Shown: positions 63,217 through 64,000 of the stretch, one piece after another
How the letters are laid out: every line of letters begins with the position of its first letter
How positions within the stretch are numbered: position 1 is the stretch's first letter
Origin: Euprymna scolopes
Lineage: Eukaryota
Assembly (NCBI GenBank): GCA_053919585.1
Contig: CM132822.1
Reading direction: 5' to 3' (one strand)
DNA: 64,000 nt
Notes under the pieces: generated by a model
Told to the model about the DNA's origin: nothing
The model's database searches: none
The model's input: only the letters and a program-made list of their open reading frames with translations
Made by a program: the position numbers and the translations under genes

Positions 63217-64000
63217 CAGGTATGCGACCATTGCCTGGAAGTCACCACCACCCTTAATGCCATTCTTCATAGTGTCCGTCTGGAGAGACACGATCTGTAC
63301 GATGATCTATATTTTCCCAGTATCTGACACCAACCAGGATAGGATCTGAGAGGCTCCAAGGTTCAGCGCACCAGCTCCTTTGGTGTGCTACATCTGAGCG
63401 AGCTATGATGCAGCTACCAGCATGTTGAATGACCGGTTACTTCACCCTTTCTGTGGCATTCGCCCATGCTGTTCAATATGGTTATGGACGAGGTGCGCTC
63501 TATCCAAGCTTGCATATCCAATGGGGTCAACGGAGGTGGGGGGGGGTGACGTTGGCTATGCTGATGACCTCACTCCTGTCACAGACACTGGCAGATATGT
63601 TGGTTAGCTTGGGGAAGTGAAGCTAGCTCTGGGAGGATCAAGGATGGTGATTAACTCCTCCAAATGAAGGTCACTTACTATAGTCTCCAGCAAAAAGGCA
63701 AAGCATATTCATTTGGAAGCTGCGGAGTTTGTCTGGTGCTCAACCGGTCCAAGATCTTAACCCTAAGCATTTGAGCTGCTTGGGATCAGATATAATTAGA
63801 AAGTCCTTTCCTTTCCATATCGCAAGGTGGTCCACGACTGGCTGAGCAAGATGCATTCGGCTCCATTGAAGCTGCTGCAGTTCATTTAGCTCTGGTGGGG
63901 ATATGCGATGCCCAGCTTCTGCAGTCGCTGGTCCTGGGTAACATGCACCATAACATGCTCAGGGCATTGGATGTTAATGTGAAAAAACAACGTCCAAAAA
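63217..64000 (+). mobile_element. R2/NeSL-like non-LTR RT relic running off the window end
   Basis: CLEVTTTLNAILH, LFNMVMDE, VGGGDVGYADDL, SAPLKLLQ and LVLGNMHHNMLRALD. Frameshifted. Confidence 0.7.

Overview
AT-rich animal nuclear DNA with no intact host gene. The short interspersed repeats resemble ones I recall from squid/cuttlefish genomes, but that taxon guess is tentative. Most of the window is a same-orientation mosaic array of a few shuffled modules. (1) About 30 longer and 10+ stub copies of an intron-less, degenerate 5' fragment of a UDP-glucose pyrophosphorylase (UGP2/UGP1-type) coding sequence, all on +. (2) About 17 blocks of an unidentified repeat-domain coding sequence ('module X') that reads on the minus strand and is fused to the UGP fragment at recurrent breakpoints. 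(3) A CR1-type RT relic, a Helitron-like TC...hairpin-CTAG motif and AT-rich spacers. Inserted into the array are one intact I/Nimb-type LINE (47838-53875, minus, 14-bp TSD, ORF1 and ORF2 open), two non-autonomous families that share its tail and different 5'UTR modules, a solo LTR, and Penelope, RTE, Vingi, R2-like and mariner relics. A perfect 15-bp x ~35 minisatellite and a 36-bp fold-back have arisen inside one UGP copy. Coordinates of degenerate modules are approximate and read by eye.
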